A DNA stretch of 63,966 nt, filler included, from Octopus bimaculoides (Eukaryota): the NCBI RefSeq assembly GCF_001194135.2. It is 4 parts of 3 records of this genome, joined end to end, with 100 filler letters (N's around TTAATTAATTAA, not from the genome) between each part and the next. Parts side by side here need not be neighbours in the genome. Positions count along the whole stretch, not along the records: positions 1 to 31,525 come from NC_068983.1; 3 more parts are not named here. One strand, written 5' to 3'. How positions within the stretch are numbered: the first letter of the stretch is position 1; each line of letters begins with the position of its first letter. Shown in pieces: positions 1-12,366 of the stretch. Made by a program: the position numbers and the translations under genes. The notes below the pieces were generated by a model that was given only the letters and a program-made list of their open reading frames with translations, was not told the origin of the DNA and did no database searches.

Positions 1-139
1 TATTAATGTCACATATTAAATAAAGCGCTTTTCACCTAGTCGTGTAGGATTTTCAAAAAATCTGTAAATGTACAAACATCCAGATTTCTGAGTACCTTAA
101 TTTTTTTCTATATAATTTCTATACATCACCTCCAAATCT

Positions 140-180
<41 letters not shown>

Positions 181-639
181 AAGCAATTTTAATTAAAACA
201 TTTTGAATTCTCACCAGCAAAACTAGCAACAAAGAACTCTCCGTCATGCAATATGATATAAATTGCAAAAAAAGTTTTTCTGTCTATCTGTTTTTTTCTT
301 TTACAAACTTTATAAAAACTTAATCGTATCTAATTGTTAATATTACTCAATATTTCTGAACTTTCAACGATGTATGAGAGTTATGAGCTTCATTGAACAT
401 TTGAACTTGTGTCTCTGTGAACCTCATTGAAATTTGTATGAATATTCGATCATTTAAGCATGTTTTTCCAAATTTTTCCTTGTAACTTTAACCTCTCCTA
501 AAACCTTTCCTTATTTATTTTCTATTTTGCCATTGATAAACAAAATATTAGGGTTTGATATTTTAATAAATCTGTTACAAAATTTTAAAATGACTACACA
601 TTTTGAGATTTAGGTGCATTTTTGAAACCCCAAAGCAAA

Positions 640-1038
640 TTCTCCTATATTTTCTCCTGCATGGGAATACAGTACTTTTCTCCATACATCATCCACCTTC
701 CAGATTGGCATGAGCTGCACCAGACTTGTGTGTCTTCTTTGATAGGGTTTTTACGGCTGGACACCCTTCTTCATACCAACTACCCAGCAGAGTGGACTCA
801 GTGTTTTTTACATGGCACAAGCACAGGCAAGGTCAGTTTGGGCAAAGTTTTTACAGCAGGATGTCCTTCCAAATGCCAACCACTTTACAGTGTGGACACT
901 TTTTAAGTGTCATCTGCACTGACAGGGTCACCAAATACCTTGCAAGACAAAAAGAAAAAATCTTTTGAGAGGGGAGGGGCAATTGGAGGAGGTAATCTAG
1001 TATCAGATGATGAAGAGTTATAGTGAGACAGAAAGACT

Positions 1039-1071
<33 letters not shown>

Positions 1072-1560
1072 AGGAATGAGGACAGAAATAGGTGTGCTGC
1101 TGTAAAGGAGATACATGATTACTCAGCCTGAGGGAAGAGTAGAAGAATAAGAGAGAGAGTAAGAGACAGCAAGAGTACAAGAAAGAGCAGGAGAGAGATG
1201 GCTGCAAAGTGCTGAGCATACAAGGGACAGGGATCAGAATATAAAGAGTTAGATGGGGGAAAGACATACCCTTGAGATTCGAAGGTCATAATATAAATGG
1301 CAGGACATTGCCAAAGAAGTGTGAGTAGAGATTAAGTAAAGGGAATGCAGTGAGTAGTGAAAATTTGGGTATATAGAGGGAGGTGCTACAGGATAGCAAT
1401 GATACAATGAACAAGGTTGCGAGAACAGGATTGGGAAGTGAGAAGTAAGAATGGTACATGAAGGAGGAGATGTGAGAAAGAGAAGAGATGTAGTTTAGTT
1501 TATTGAGGTAGGGGGTGTGAAAAGTTTTCTTGTTACATGTGGGTGGAACACACAGCACTT
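640..1560 (-). mobile_element. Inverted copy of the 3' region of the same RTE family
   Basis: Reverse-complement similarity to 22170-22900 (gtgttccacccacatgtaacaagaaaactttc; ccttgcaagtagttggtgac). Confidence 0.7.
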
Positions 1561-1627
1561 CTAGAATTCAGTTTCGCTAACATTGGTGGGTCTTCTCAAG
1601 AACCTCATATCACCAGACATCTTGGTC

Positions 1628-1889
1628 CATTGTGTGTGTGTGCATGTGTGTGTATCTACATGTCTGTGTTTTTGTGTCTTTGTTTGTCCCCCCACCACCA
1701 CCACCACTGCTTGACAACCAGTGCTGACATGTTTACATCCCTGTAACTTAGTGGTGTGGCAAAAAGAGACTGATAGAATAAATTCCAGACTTTAAAAAAA
1801 TGTAAGTACTGAGGTTGATTAAAATTCTTCAAGGTAGTACCCCAGAATGGCCATAGTTTAATAGTCTAAAACAAGTAAAAGATAAAAGA
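1628..1889 (+). mobile_element. SINE family A, 3' part
   Basis: cttgacaacc..gtaacttagtgg..aaacaagtaaaaga. Confidence 0.7.
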
Positions 1890-2501
1890 CACCTGCAACG
1901 GAAAATAAAGCTATGACCTCTGTCTGTTACCTCTTACCCACTTGACCATAGCAGTTTTCAGACATCAGTAGTAATAATGGAGCCTCTAATTACTCACTCT
2001 ACCTGCTAGAAATGACAGGTAAATCCCACCCTACTGCCTCAAAAAAAAAAACAACAAATTGGATAATATAGTCTAAGGTACACGATGCTTAAGAAACAAA
2101 GTAAATGAAGTGCTCTCAGATAGAATACTTTTGATCATAAATCTCTGAAAGATGAATGACAACAGCATCACTGACCATATTTCCACTTAGTTCCACTGCT
2201 TACACAAGACTGAACCCAGTAAAGTTTACCCAAGGACTACAGGTGAATGTGCCACATTACACCAGCTCTAAATATGATTCAGAGAAATATGCACACACAG
2301 ACACACATGCATTTGCTCAGGAAATAAGTAATGTGAAATACAATGCTTTGCACAAAGAATCAAAGCCACAAGCTAACATTCATTTATGAGTTAAACACCT
2401 GAACTACTATATCACATACCTTCACAACCACACAGATAGCTGGAACAAACACCATAAGGCATTTTATCAAATGCTATGACTCTGTCAATTTACATTCATA
2501 T

Positions 2502-2700
2502 AGGTATGAACATGGGTGTGTAGTTAAGAAGTTTGATTCCCAACCACATGGATTTGAGTTTAGTCTCAGTGTGTAGCTTGGGCAAATGTCTTCTGTTATA
2601 GTTCCAGGCTGACCAAAAGCCCTGGGAGTGGATTAGGTAGATAGAAACTGAAAGAACCCATCATGTTGTGTATGTGTGTGTGTACATACATACATACATA
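2502..2700 (+). mobile_element. SINE family A, head
   Basis: ttgggcaaatgtcttc..gaaactgaaagaac. Confidence 0.7.
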
Positions 2701-3748
2701 CATGTACATGTAAGTCACAATTTATGGATTCAAGTAATCCAGTAGTACTCATAAAAAAAGCTCCTTAATGTATCATTCTGCAAAATATAGAATATATAGT
2801 ACAATACAAGAGAAAACAATAAAGAGTATATAAAGTCATAAATGACTGAGAAATAATTTGATGAAATTTTATTTAACAATAAGAAAATTCAAATATCATG
2901 ACAACTTGTTTTGTAACTTAAAAACATATAATTAATTTATATTAATATCTTTAATAATAAATAAATTACTTACATGTCTGCATTAATGCAAAATGCAAAA
3001 AATTCTGCATTATTTTGAAAGATTTTTTGAATTTTGCATTAATATAGGCATGTAATTAATTTATTTATTAAATATAATATAAATTATTTGCAAAAAAAAA
3101 AAGAAATCTATTTCTCTATCATTTATAACTTTACACACACACACACAACATGATGGGTTCTTTCATGTGTGTGTGTGTGTGTGTGAGTGTCTTCTTGTTT
3201 TGACATTGCATAATTCTTGTAAATGAATGACATTCATTTCTAATATTCTGTAAAAACATGTCTGGCTATAGGGAAATATTACCTTGCTTGGAACCAAGCC
3301 ATGGAAAATCTGCTTCTATAACTTCCATCCAACTATCATCATTTTAACATCCACTTTTCCATCTTGCATGGGAAAGTGGACATTAAAATGTTGCTGATGA
3401 TGATGATGATGGTGACAACAACAATGATGATTATGATGAAGATGATAATTACAAATAATAGAATGATGACAATTTTTTTTTTCAGGTATATGCTACATTG
3501 GTAACCAAATTTCAAAAGAGCTTTATTATTATTCTGTTATTCACATCTAGTTAATCAAATTATTACCAAGAATATTATTTTCAGTGATTGGTATATTAAT
3601 AGAGTCATCAACAACAATAAAAACAACTATGTTATACTTCAAAAGACCAGTCAGTTGACACCTTCCACTTGCAAATTTTTCCTTCTATTCTACTGGGAAA
3701 CCTGTTTTGATTCATATGAAGTGCAAATAAAAAAAAAATTAACAGGAT

Positions 3749-4176
3749 AGGCACAGGAGTGGCTGTGTGGNNNNNNNNNNNNNNNNNNNNNNNNNNNNNN
3801 NNNNNNNNNNNNNNNNNNNNNNNNNNNNNNNNNNNNNNNNNNNNNNNNNNNNNNNNNNNNNNNNNNNNNNNNNNNNNNNNNNNNNNNNNNNNNNNNNNNN
3901 NNNNNNNNNNNNNNNNNNNNNNNNNNNNNNNNNNNNNNNNNNNNNNNNNNNNNNTGTGTGTGTGTGTGTGTGTGTGTGTTGTGTGTTTGTGTGTCTGTGT
4001 TTTCCCCCCTAGCATTGCTGGTGTGTTTATGTCCCCGTCACTTAGCGGTTCGACAAAAGAGACCGATAGAATAAGTACTAGGCTTACAAAGAATAAGTCC
4101 CGGGGGCGATTTGCTCGACTAAAGGCGGTGCTCCAGCATGGCCGCAGTCAAATGACTGAAACAAGTAAAAGAGTAA
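3749..4176 (+). mobile_element. SINE family A spanning a gap
   Basis: Head ggcacaggagtggctgtgtgg and tail match family A. Confidence 0.85.
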
Positions 4177-4639
4177 GGATTTCTTTATCAGAAATGTATG
4201 TTCAAAGATATTCAGTCTTTGACTAAGAGACAGTCTTAATGTATGGTACATATTACACAATTCTGTTGGTCTAATAATTCCTGTAGCAGTATAGGCACCA
4301 ATCTCATGTGATTGACTTTACCTTGGTGATTTTCTTTACCTTGGACCATTCTAACATTAGAGAGAGAGGAAGAGAGAAAGAGAAGAAGAAGAAGAAGAAG
4401 AAGAAGAAGAAGAAGAAGAAGAAGAAGAAGAAGAAGAAGAAGAGAGAAAGAGAAGAAGAGAGAGAGAGAGAAGAAGAGAGAGAGAGAGAAGAAGAGAGAG
4501 AAAGAGAGAGTTGGGGGCTTACTGCCAGTCTTCCATATTACCTTATTCAAGGTTGCACCCAAGAGAACATAACATGGTGTAACTCTTTTCTTTAGACATG
4601 CATGATGAAAGACTGTACCAATGTTTGAAAAATATGTTC

Positions 4640-5015
4640 CTTTTTTATCTTTTATCTTTTGCTTGTTTCAGTCATTAGACTGAGGCCATGCTGCGGCACC
4701 ACCTTCAGGAATTTTAGTTGAATGAATCGACACCAGTACTCACTTTTTCTTAAGTACTTATTCTATCAGTCACTTTTGCTGAACCACTAAGTTACAGGGA
4801 CATAAACACACCAGCAATTGGTTGTCAAGTGGTAATAGGGGACAAATACAGACACAAAGATGCACACATACCCAAACGCACAGTTTCTGTCTACCAAATC
4901 CACTCACAAGAATTTGGTTGGCCTGTGGCTATAATGGAAGACATCCGCACAAGATGACACACAGTGAGACTGAACCCAGAGCCATGTGGTTGGGAAGCAA
5001 ACCTCTTACCACACA
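4640..5015 (-). mobile_element. SINE family A (older, CpG-decayed)
   Basis: Reverse-complement match to family A. Confidence 0.8.
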
Positions 5016-5439
5016 GCCACACCTGCACCTATGATAATGAATCATAAAAACTTTAAAAAAATAAAATATTTTTAGCTCAAACAGAAATGTTTTTGTATAT
5101 AGTTATTTACATAATCAAAAATACAATTAAGTTTCTTAAATAAATCTAGAAGGACTGGCAAAGTATATGGACACTGTTTCTTCCTATAGGAAAATAAAAA
5201 AAAACTAAACAAAAAAATCAGATTTGTTAAATCACTAGAAACTAGTGACAGTTAATATTGCAGAAAACACCTCATCAAGTAATAGAACTTCATGCAAACA
5301 TAAAAGAGTTGTAAAACATACTAGTTATATAACTTGCGTATACACACACATATATAAGAGTGTTGCAGCACAGAAGTAGAAAAAGGAAAGAGAAATAAAG
5401 AAAGTTTCTCACAATGCAGAAAGTTTTGTTAGACTGCTT

Positions 5440-5477
5440 CCTTCTGAAGATAGGTTTTTGTGCCTGAAATATAAAGG
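5440..5477 (+). ncRNA. Minimal type I hammerhead ribozyme motif (Penelope-type)
   Basis: CCTT-CTGAAGA-T-AGG(T)..(G)CCT-GAAAT-AT-A-AAGG: stem I CCTT/AAGG, palindromic stem III ATAT with no loop. Confidence 0.55.
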
Positions 5478-5756
5478 CTTTCGTAATACTTTCTGAATTG
5501 TTAGATGTTTTCTGTATTTACCTTTTCTTTGTCCACATACACACACTCACGCATGCACACACACACACATTCCAGTGGGTGACAAGTTCATAAAGAAGAT
5601 ATATTTGGCCGATATTAAATACTCAAAGATAAGTTTGCATGTAAATAAAATATTTAATCCATAGTCATTAGTCTGATAGAATATGTTCTGTTTTGCTTAT
5701 GGCTCATCAGGAGCCATAGGTGAAATAGAATATTTTATTGGACTAACAATTATGGA

Positions 5757-5787
<31 letters not shown>

Positions 5788-5854
5788 AATATCAAACAGT
5801 GAGAATGTGTGCTCAACACTGCATTTGGTGTTTAAATATTTTCCAAATGAAACC

Positions 5855-5995
5855 TGCAGGCATGGCCTCGTGGTAAGAAGTTTGTTTTCCAACATGGTTC
5901 TGGGTTCAGTTCCACTGCAAGTGTTTTCAACTATAGCCTCAGAACTACCAAACTTTGTGAGTGGATTTGGTTGACAGAAACTGAAAGAAGCCTGC

Positions 5996-6031
<36 letters not shown>

Positions 6032-6215
6032 TTTGTGTTTGAGGATGTTCCCACCATTGCTTGACAACCAGTGTTGTGTTTACACCCCCAAAATTTAGTG
6101 GTTTGGCAAAAGAAACCAATATAGTAAGTACCAGGCTTTAAAAAAAAATAATAAGTATCATTTGACTAAAAATTCTTCAAGGCATGGCAGCAGTCTAATG
6201 ATTGAAACAAATAAA
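5855..6215 (+). mobile_element. SINE family A (older)
   Basis: Match to family A with (GT)n core. Confidence 0.8.
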
Positions 6216-6251
6216 ACATACAAACACATACACACATACATNNNNNNNNNN

Positions 6252-6292
<41 letters not shown>

Positions 6293-6377
6293 ATTTTTTT
6301 TAGAAAACCATAGAAACAGAGAAGCACACTCTAAGAAGTAGAACAGTCTATATTTATTACTGGCAAAGGCCTGTTTA

Positions 6378-6437
6378 TAGGGTTACTCTGGGTTTCTCAC
6401 CATAAACAGTATCTCTATGGTGTATCATCAGACCCTA
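6378..6437 (-). ncRNA. Minimal type I hammerhead ribozyme (intact core)
   Basis: Minus strand reads UAGGGU-CUGAUGA-UA-CACCAUA..UAUGGUG-A-GAAAC-CCAGA-GUA-ACCCUA: 6-bp stem I, 7-bp stem II, 2-bp stem III, GUA cleavage triplet. Confidence 0.75.
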
Positions 6438-6487
6438 AGACTTGTTGGCCTATGATTACTTTAAAGAGGCTATAGGCCAACAAGTCT

Positions 6488-6547
6488 TAGGGTCTGATGA
6501 CATATCATAAAGATACTCTATATGGTGAGAAACCCAGGAAAACCCTA
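6488..6547 (+). ncRNA. Degenerate hammerhead (inverted partner copy)
   Basis: TAGGGT-CTGATGA...GAAAC-CCAGG-AAA-ACCCTA: cleavage triplet lost and stem II weakened. Confidence 0.55.
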
Positions 6548-7175
6548 TAAAAAGACCTTCACCAGTAATATATATATATATATATTTGCCGATACTGTTT
6601 TTGTACATAGGGTAAATGTGTTTCTTTGTTGTAGTTTAATTAATAATGTTAGGGTTTAATCCTTCCTAGAATTATAATTGAATGAATGTGGTGATATCTA
6701 AGATATGTTTGTTTCCAAACAATACTTATTGTAGTGCTGTTTACACCATTAGATTGAATGGTACAGCCCAGGTGTTGAAACCATAGTGATATCTGTGGGG
6801 CAGCTAATGATGGAGGTATGTTGGATTGTTGGTATGGCTGTTATTGTATGTGCAGAATAGTTTTATAACACATCCATTTGATATATATATNNNNNNNNNN
6901 NNNNNNNNNNNNNNNNNNNNNNNNNNNNNNNNNNNNNNNNNNNNNNNNNNNNNNNNNTATATATATAAAAACAAATAATAAATGAGTATATGCATATATA
7001 CGTACAGGTATGTGCATACCTACGTCTACCTGCATATATAGGTGCATATCTGGGTACAGGACATTGCAAACAAAACGTAGACAAGAAAATAATAATAACC
7101 AGAGTACAGAAAACACACAAGCCACATAGAGAACATTTTCCTTCATCAGCTACCCTCGTTTTAACACCGGCGTTT

Positions 7176-7210
<35 letters not shown>

Positions 7211-8070
7211 TATAGATATGTGTGTGTGTGTGTGTAATTACATGCATACATACACACACATACATAAATAAATACATCAGATTCTATGCCTAGATTATTA
7301 ATTTACACTTATACCAATAATAATTGGTGCACTTGCTTTTGTGAGTAAAGGTCTAAATGACGATGTGGAAAAGTTAGTTTTCAAAAAAGGAAATCAACCA
7401 GCTGATATATTCTGTACGCAGAAACGTTTTCTCAAGTTCAAAATGTGACATTGCTTTTATTATTTACACTCCAAAGACAGAGCTTTGTATCTTTGTTAAA
7501 AAAAAAAAGATAGTACCTTCTCTATAGGAAGTCATCAAATAATTAAAAATAAGAGTACACACATACATACATATTTCCGTTACTATAGGCTATACGCCAC
7601 AAATATATTCATATAAACACAACAAACCTATAATATAATTCTGTGGTTAAGGTGATTAGTAATATGTTAAGAATTTATTTGGGAAATAAGGATAGTCACT
7701 AGAGTGGGTAGGCTATTGATGATCTATATGAGTGGGAAGAGACAAGAAATAGTAACAAAAAAAAGAAGAAAAATAAAAAGCGTGTACCCCACCCAAAGTT
7801 GTAAATTTCTCATGGTACACAAATTTGGCTTTTGTTTGCAGCGAATAAGGCTAAGGGAGACAACTCTACGTAATAGCTATAGTTGTTATCACTAAATATA
7901 TAACTTTTGTAATCAGCTGCTGTAATATTTCAACTTATTAAAAGTGTCTTATATTCCCGAATAGTTACGCCTATCAAAATATACGATAGTTATCAATAGT
8001 TATTTTTAAGTAGTATTTTCTTTCAATGAAAATTAGAAAAATTTATAATCCGTTTTGTTTCTGTGAACAA

Positions 8071-8348
8071 TTAACCCTTTAGCATTCAGATTTCTTCTCA
8101 AATGTTTTTTTTTTATATAGTTTCAGCTGAGAGCTGCGGCCATGCTGATGCACCGCCGTTTGAATAAATATTGCTTATTCATTCACATTTTTTTTTTGCA
8201 TTAATCATGCATTATTTTGTAGTTTCAACCTTTCAATTATGTAATCGTATATTTATGCACTGAAATTGTAGGGTAGGTTTGAGAGGTTGGCTCTGGTCAG
8301 TTTGGATATTTGGTTTGGATATGGCCAGATTAAATGCTAAAAGATTGA
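8071..8348. mobile_element. piggyBac-type MITE (ccctttagcatt TIR, TTAA)
   Basis: ttaa-ccctttagcatt ... aatgctaaaaga. Homologous to 9508 and 59718. Confidence 0.6.
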
Positions 8349-9149
8349 AGCCTAATATTTATGATTATTATGGTTATGATAAAACTATTTTTGTTAAAAT
8401 TTACAACCTTCACCTTAATTATAATAGCTTTGCAAAACAATCTATTAACTGTGTAAGCATCAACTCATGACTGATATTTCAAATGGGAATTTCATCACTT
8501 GCTGAAGCATAACTGAAAATTTTTTTACATTGTGTTATGAAAGGTAAGTCAGCTTAACAGAGACCATCCCACTTAAAATTATAAACCTAATGGAGGAGTC
8601 GAACTTAATGCTATAAGTTAATAATGCTTTTGTCAGTTTTAACCCTTTTATTCAAATTTCATTATCTTTAACTGCCAAAAGTAGTTTTAAATACTAATCC
8701 ATTTTTTGTTGAAGAATGTTACATTTGAAACTATTTTCTGTTGATTTATGTCAAATTTATTGAGGCAGTGTGACTTGCAGAGAATACCAATTCTGCTTTC
8801 ATAGTAGATATCTAACATCATTACTGGAATAACCATGATATTTACTTCACAGTGAAAGGGTTAATATGATGCTGCTCACAGCAATTTATGCAACATCCTA
8901 CCTACAAAAGATGTGTTGTAAAGAGTTAAGTATTTTGCCATAATCTCATACCACTGATATGGTTCAAACCACAGAGTATTCAGTTGGTAACTGAAGATCC
9001 TATTTATTCAGCTATCTGCTTCATTTACACTTGGACTATTGGATTCTACCATTGACTCATGGCCACAAATTTTTGTAGCATGGGAGAATAATGTTTTCAG
9101 TTTATAGTTTACTTGGGACAAATCAACTTTTTATTAAATCCAATTAGTA

Positions 9150-9450
9150 TGAAGGCATGTGGCTTAGTGGTTAGGACATTCAGCTCATGATTGTAAGGTT
9201 GTGAGTTCAATTCCCAGTGACACATTGTATCCTTGAGAAAGACAATTTATTTCACATTGCTCCAGTCCACTCAGCTGACAAAAATTAGTCGTACTTGTAT
9301 TTCAAAGGGCCAGACTTGTCACATTCTATGTCACACTGAATTTCTCCAAGAACTACATTATGGGTACATGTGTCTGTGGAGTGCAGTCACAAGCAGGCTG
9401 CTCTGTTGATTGGATCAACTGGAACTCTCATCATAACTGACAGAATGTCG
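9150..9450 (+). mobile_element. SINE family B (older)
   Basis: ggcttagtggttagg..gagttcaattccc; atttcaaagggccag. Confidence 0.75.
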
Positions 9451-9507
9451 GCATATGCAGCAACAAAGAATAATGATGTTGCTGATTGGTGCTAGTAATG
9501 ATAAGGT

Positions 9508-10124
9508 TTAGCCCTTTAGCATCTGGATTATTCTGTCAAATGTAATGCTTATTTAGTCACATTGTTTTGAATAAATCATGCATAATCTCATAGCTTCAAG
9601 ATTTCAATAATGTATTTTGTGGGGTTTTTTTAAATGATATTATAGGGTGGGTGTTAGTTTGGCCAGTTTGACAATTGTTGTTGTTGTTGTTGGCACTCCA
9701 TCGCTTATGATGCCGAGGGTTCCAGTTGATCCAATGAACGGAACAGCCTGCTAGTGAAATTAACGTGCAAGTGGCTGAGCATTCCACAGACATATGCACC
9801 CTTAATGTAGTTCTTGGGGATATTCAGTGTGACAAGGCTGACCCTTTGAAATACAGGTACAACAGAAACAGGAAGAAAGAGTGAGAGAAAGTTGTGGTTG
9901 GAAGAGTACAGCAGGGTTCGCCACCATCCCCTACCGGAACCTCGTGGAGCTTTAGGTGTTTTTGCTCAATAAACACTCAACGCCTGGTCTGGAAATCGAA
10001 ACCGCGATCCTATGACCGCGAGTTCGCTGCCCTAACAACTGGGCCATTGTGCCTCCACAGTTTGACAATAAAGCAACAAGAATATTCAGGCCGGATATGG
10101 TCAGTTTAAATGCTAAATGTTTAA
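9508..10124. mobile_element. Same MITE family, interrupted by a SINE
   Basis: ccctttagcatc ... aatgctaaatgt-ttaa with a SINE at 9682-10060. Confidence 0.6.
9682..10060 (-). mobile_element. SINE family B
   Basis: Reverse-complement match to 48548 copy. Confidence 0.8.
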
Positions 10125-12185
10125 GCAATAACCTTTATATTGAATTCTACAATTGACTCATGGTCACAAATTTTTTGTAGCATAAGAGAATGTTTTCAAT
10201 TTATTGTCTATTTGGGACAAAGTAAAAAAGTTAACTTTTTATTAAATTCACTTAGTTTCACTGTATATCAATGAAGTCTGGATCCTTGTATTTATTTGTG
10301 CCACATTTCTGACAATATTATTTGTTCTCTTCTGGGTCACTATTTAACTGTAGTTAAGCTTAATATGGTAAAAACAGAGTTTTTAAATGCCATAATGAGA
10401 AGACACTGCAAGAGAGAAATGTCAACTATCTTGACCAACCACATAGACAAAGTAAAAAAGTAGGAGGGGATATTTTTGTAGATAGTAAGATAAGTACTAG
10501 GAACACACAGAGATAGTGTTAATGTTATGCAAGATTGTTGTGTTGGTATGGATATTTAATGTAAATAATTATGTATGTTGGGTAAAAGGAAGTTTGGATG
10601 TGAAATTAAAAGACATATAGAATAGAGGGAGGAAGGGTTGATGCAAAATATAATAATTGGGTCCTGTATAAATGATCACAAGAATTAATTATATTTGGTA
10701 AAATTGTAAATAAGTCTTTGATTAAAAGTTGCCAATAAATTTAGTTTTTGCAGATTCAACAAATTTTTAGCTGTTTATCTAAATGTATCACACTGAAAAA
10801 AGATTAGTATATCACCACAGGAACTGACCATTGTCAATTGTATATTATTTGAGGTTTCATTTTACTTTATTTATCCTTTGGCTAGTTTTCTAGTAATGGC
10901 AATCGTAACTGTCAAAGGTGTTAGTCTAATTCACTATGTGAGATTTCCCTCAGTCATGACTAAAGTGATTTACATACAAGAAAACTTAGGAGCTAAATTA
11001 ACAACTCCTTTAGTGTTAAATAAAGCTCCCCACTTGGTTTGATAAGGCTAGAGGTGAAAACCCCTTATGAATACACATACTCTTCTGCTTAATTTAATTC
11101 CCAGTTAATGTCAAAAGCAGAATAAGGAAATCACATGTATTTTATAGCTGATTCCCACCAAAATTTGAAACTTAAGAATGAGGGAATGATCAGAGACTTC
11201 CTATTGACTAATAAAGCTCTTATTAACATGCATTCAATAAATGTCTTTGAAGGCTGGATTACGTGTCAAAGTCATTAGTCAGAATAAATAATTCATAACT
11301 GAACTGAAAAGAACAAGTTATTGATTAAGGTCATGCCTATAGTACATCTAATAAGTGCTACAGTTACTCCCAGAATATTATCCAAGTAATTGTGAATTAA
11401 CATCCGACTTATGTTGGCTGATAGATTCAATAGAATCAGTTCTAAGTCACGTGACCCTATACAACTAATGTTAAGGTCATGTGACACATTACAAGTGACC
11501 ATATGTGTTTTATGTTTGATTTTTTTTACACTTGTTTATAAAATAAGATTTTAAAAAGATTTAAAAATTATGGAACTTTGTAATGAATTAATGGTTGTCT
11601 TTAAATAAAAAAAAAACTATTCTGAACATTTCTTCTGAGCTCTTTTAAATAACTGCTTGAATTTGCTCTCTGGATTCGTTTCTAACATATTTAACTTCAT
11701 GCATTTTCTTTAAAAAAAAAAAAGGGTATAAATAACTAACTACTATACATATGCTGTAAGACGGATACAATATAGATTTACAAATAATTATAAGATTACA
11801 GGGTACAGCCCTCTTGAAATGCAGATACATAAATTATGTTAAGTTTACTACAAAAAAAAAAATAAATAATAAATAAATAATAGAATAAAATAAAATTATG
11901 GGTGGAGCAGGCAATTAAAACTTCTATATGCTATACTGAAATAGTCAATATTTTCGCCTCATAAATAAACCTTTTTACAGCATTAATTTTTTATATTTGA
12001 AGTAAATGAATGCACTTTTTTTTTTTTTTTTAGAAACACGAATTATTCCAGATTCTCGTAACTTTCCTAATTTGTTTGATTTTTAATATGACTACTGAAT
12101 TCTTTGTTTACGAAGTGAGATAGTAGACTGTAAAAGCTGACAGACCAGATACATGAAAGTTAGCTTCGGTTGGATAAAGTAGTAA

Positions 12186-12295
12186 TAACTTCCTGTCCGC
12201 ATGCGCAGTTGTCTACCTATTAATATTATGGGATATTACTTTTGCGTGGCATTGTGGGCTTAAATTTTCTATATAAACCAAAATGGCAGCCAGAT
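12186..12295 (+). promoter_or_regulatory. Compact housekeeping-type promoter of CK1alpha
   Basis: ACTTCCTG (ETS-like), CCGCATGCGCAG (NRF1-like), GCATTGTGGG and ATTATGGGA (ZNF143/SBS-like), TATATAAA and AAAATGGCAGC (YY1-like), all within ~180 bp of the ATG. Confidence 0.6.
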
Positions 12296-12366
12296 TTGGC
12301 TGGCGTAGTCTAACTTTATTACCAATTCATTAGAAGAATAATTGTATTGTACACGAAAAAATAAGT

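Noticed and set aside
7000-7170. CTGATGAAGG on the minus strand in a (TA)n-flanked short element
   Set aside because: No downstream stem II/GAAA/NUH arrangement found, so a ribozyme cannot be supported.
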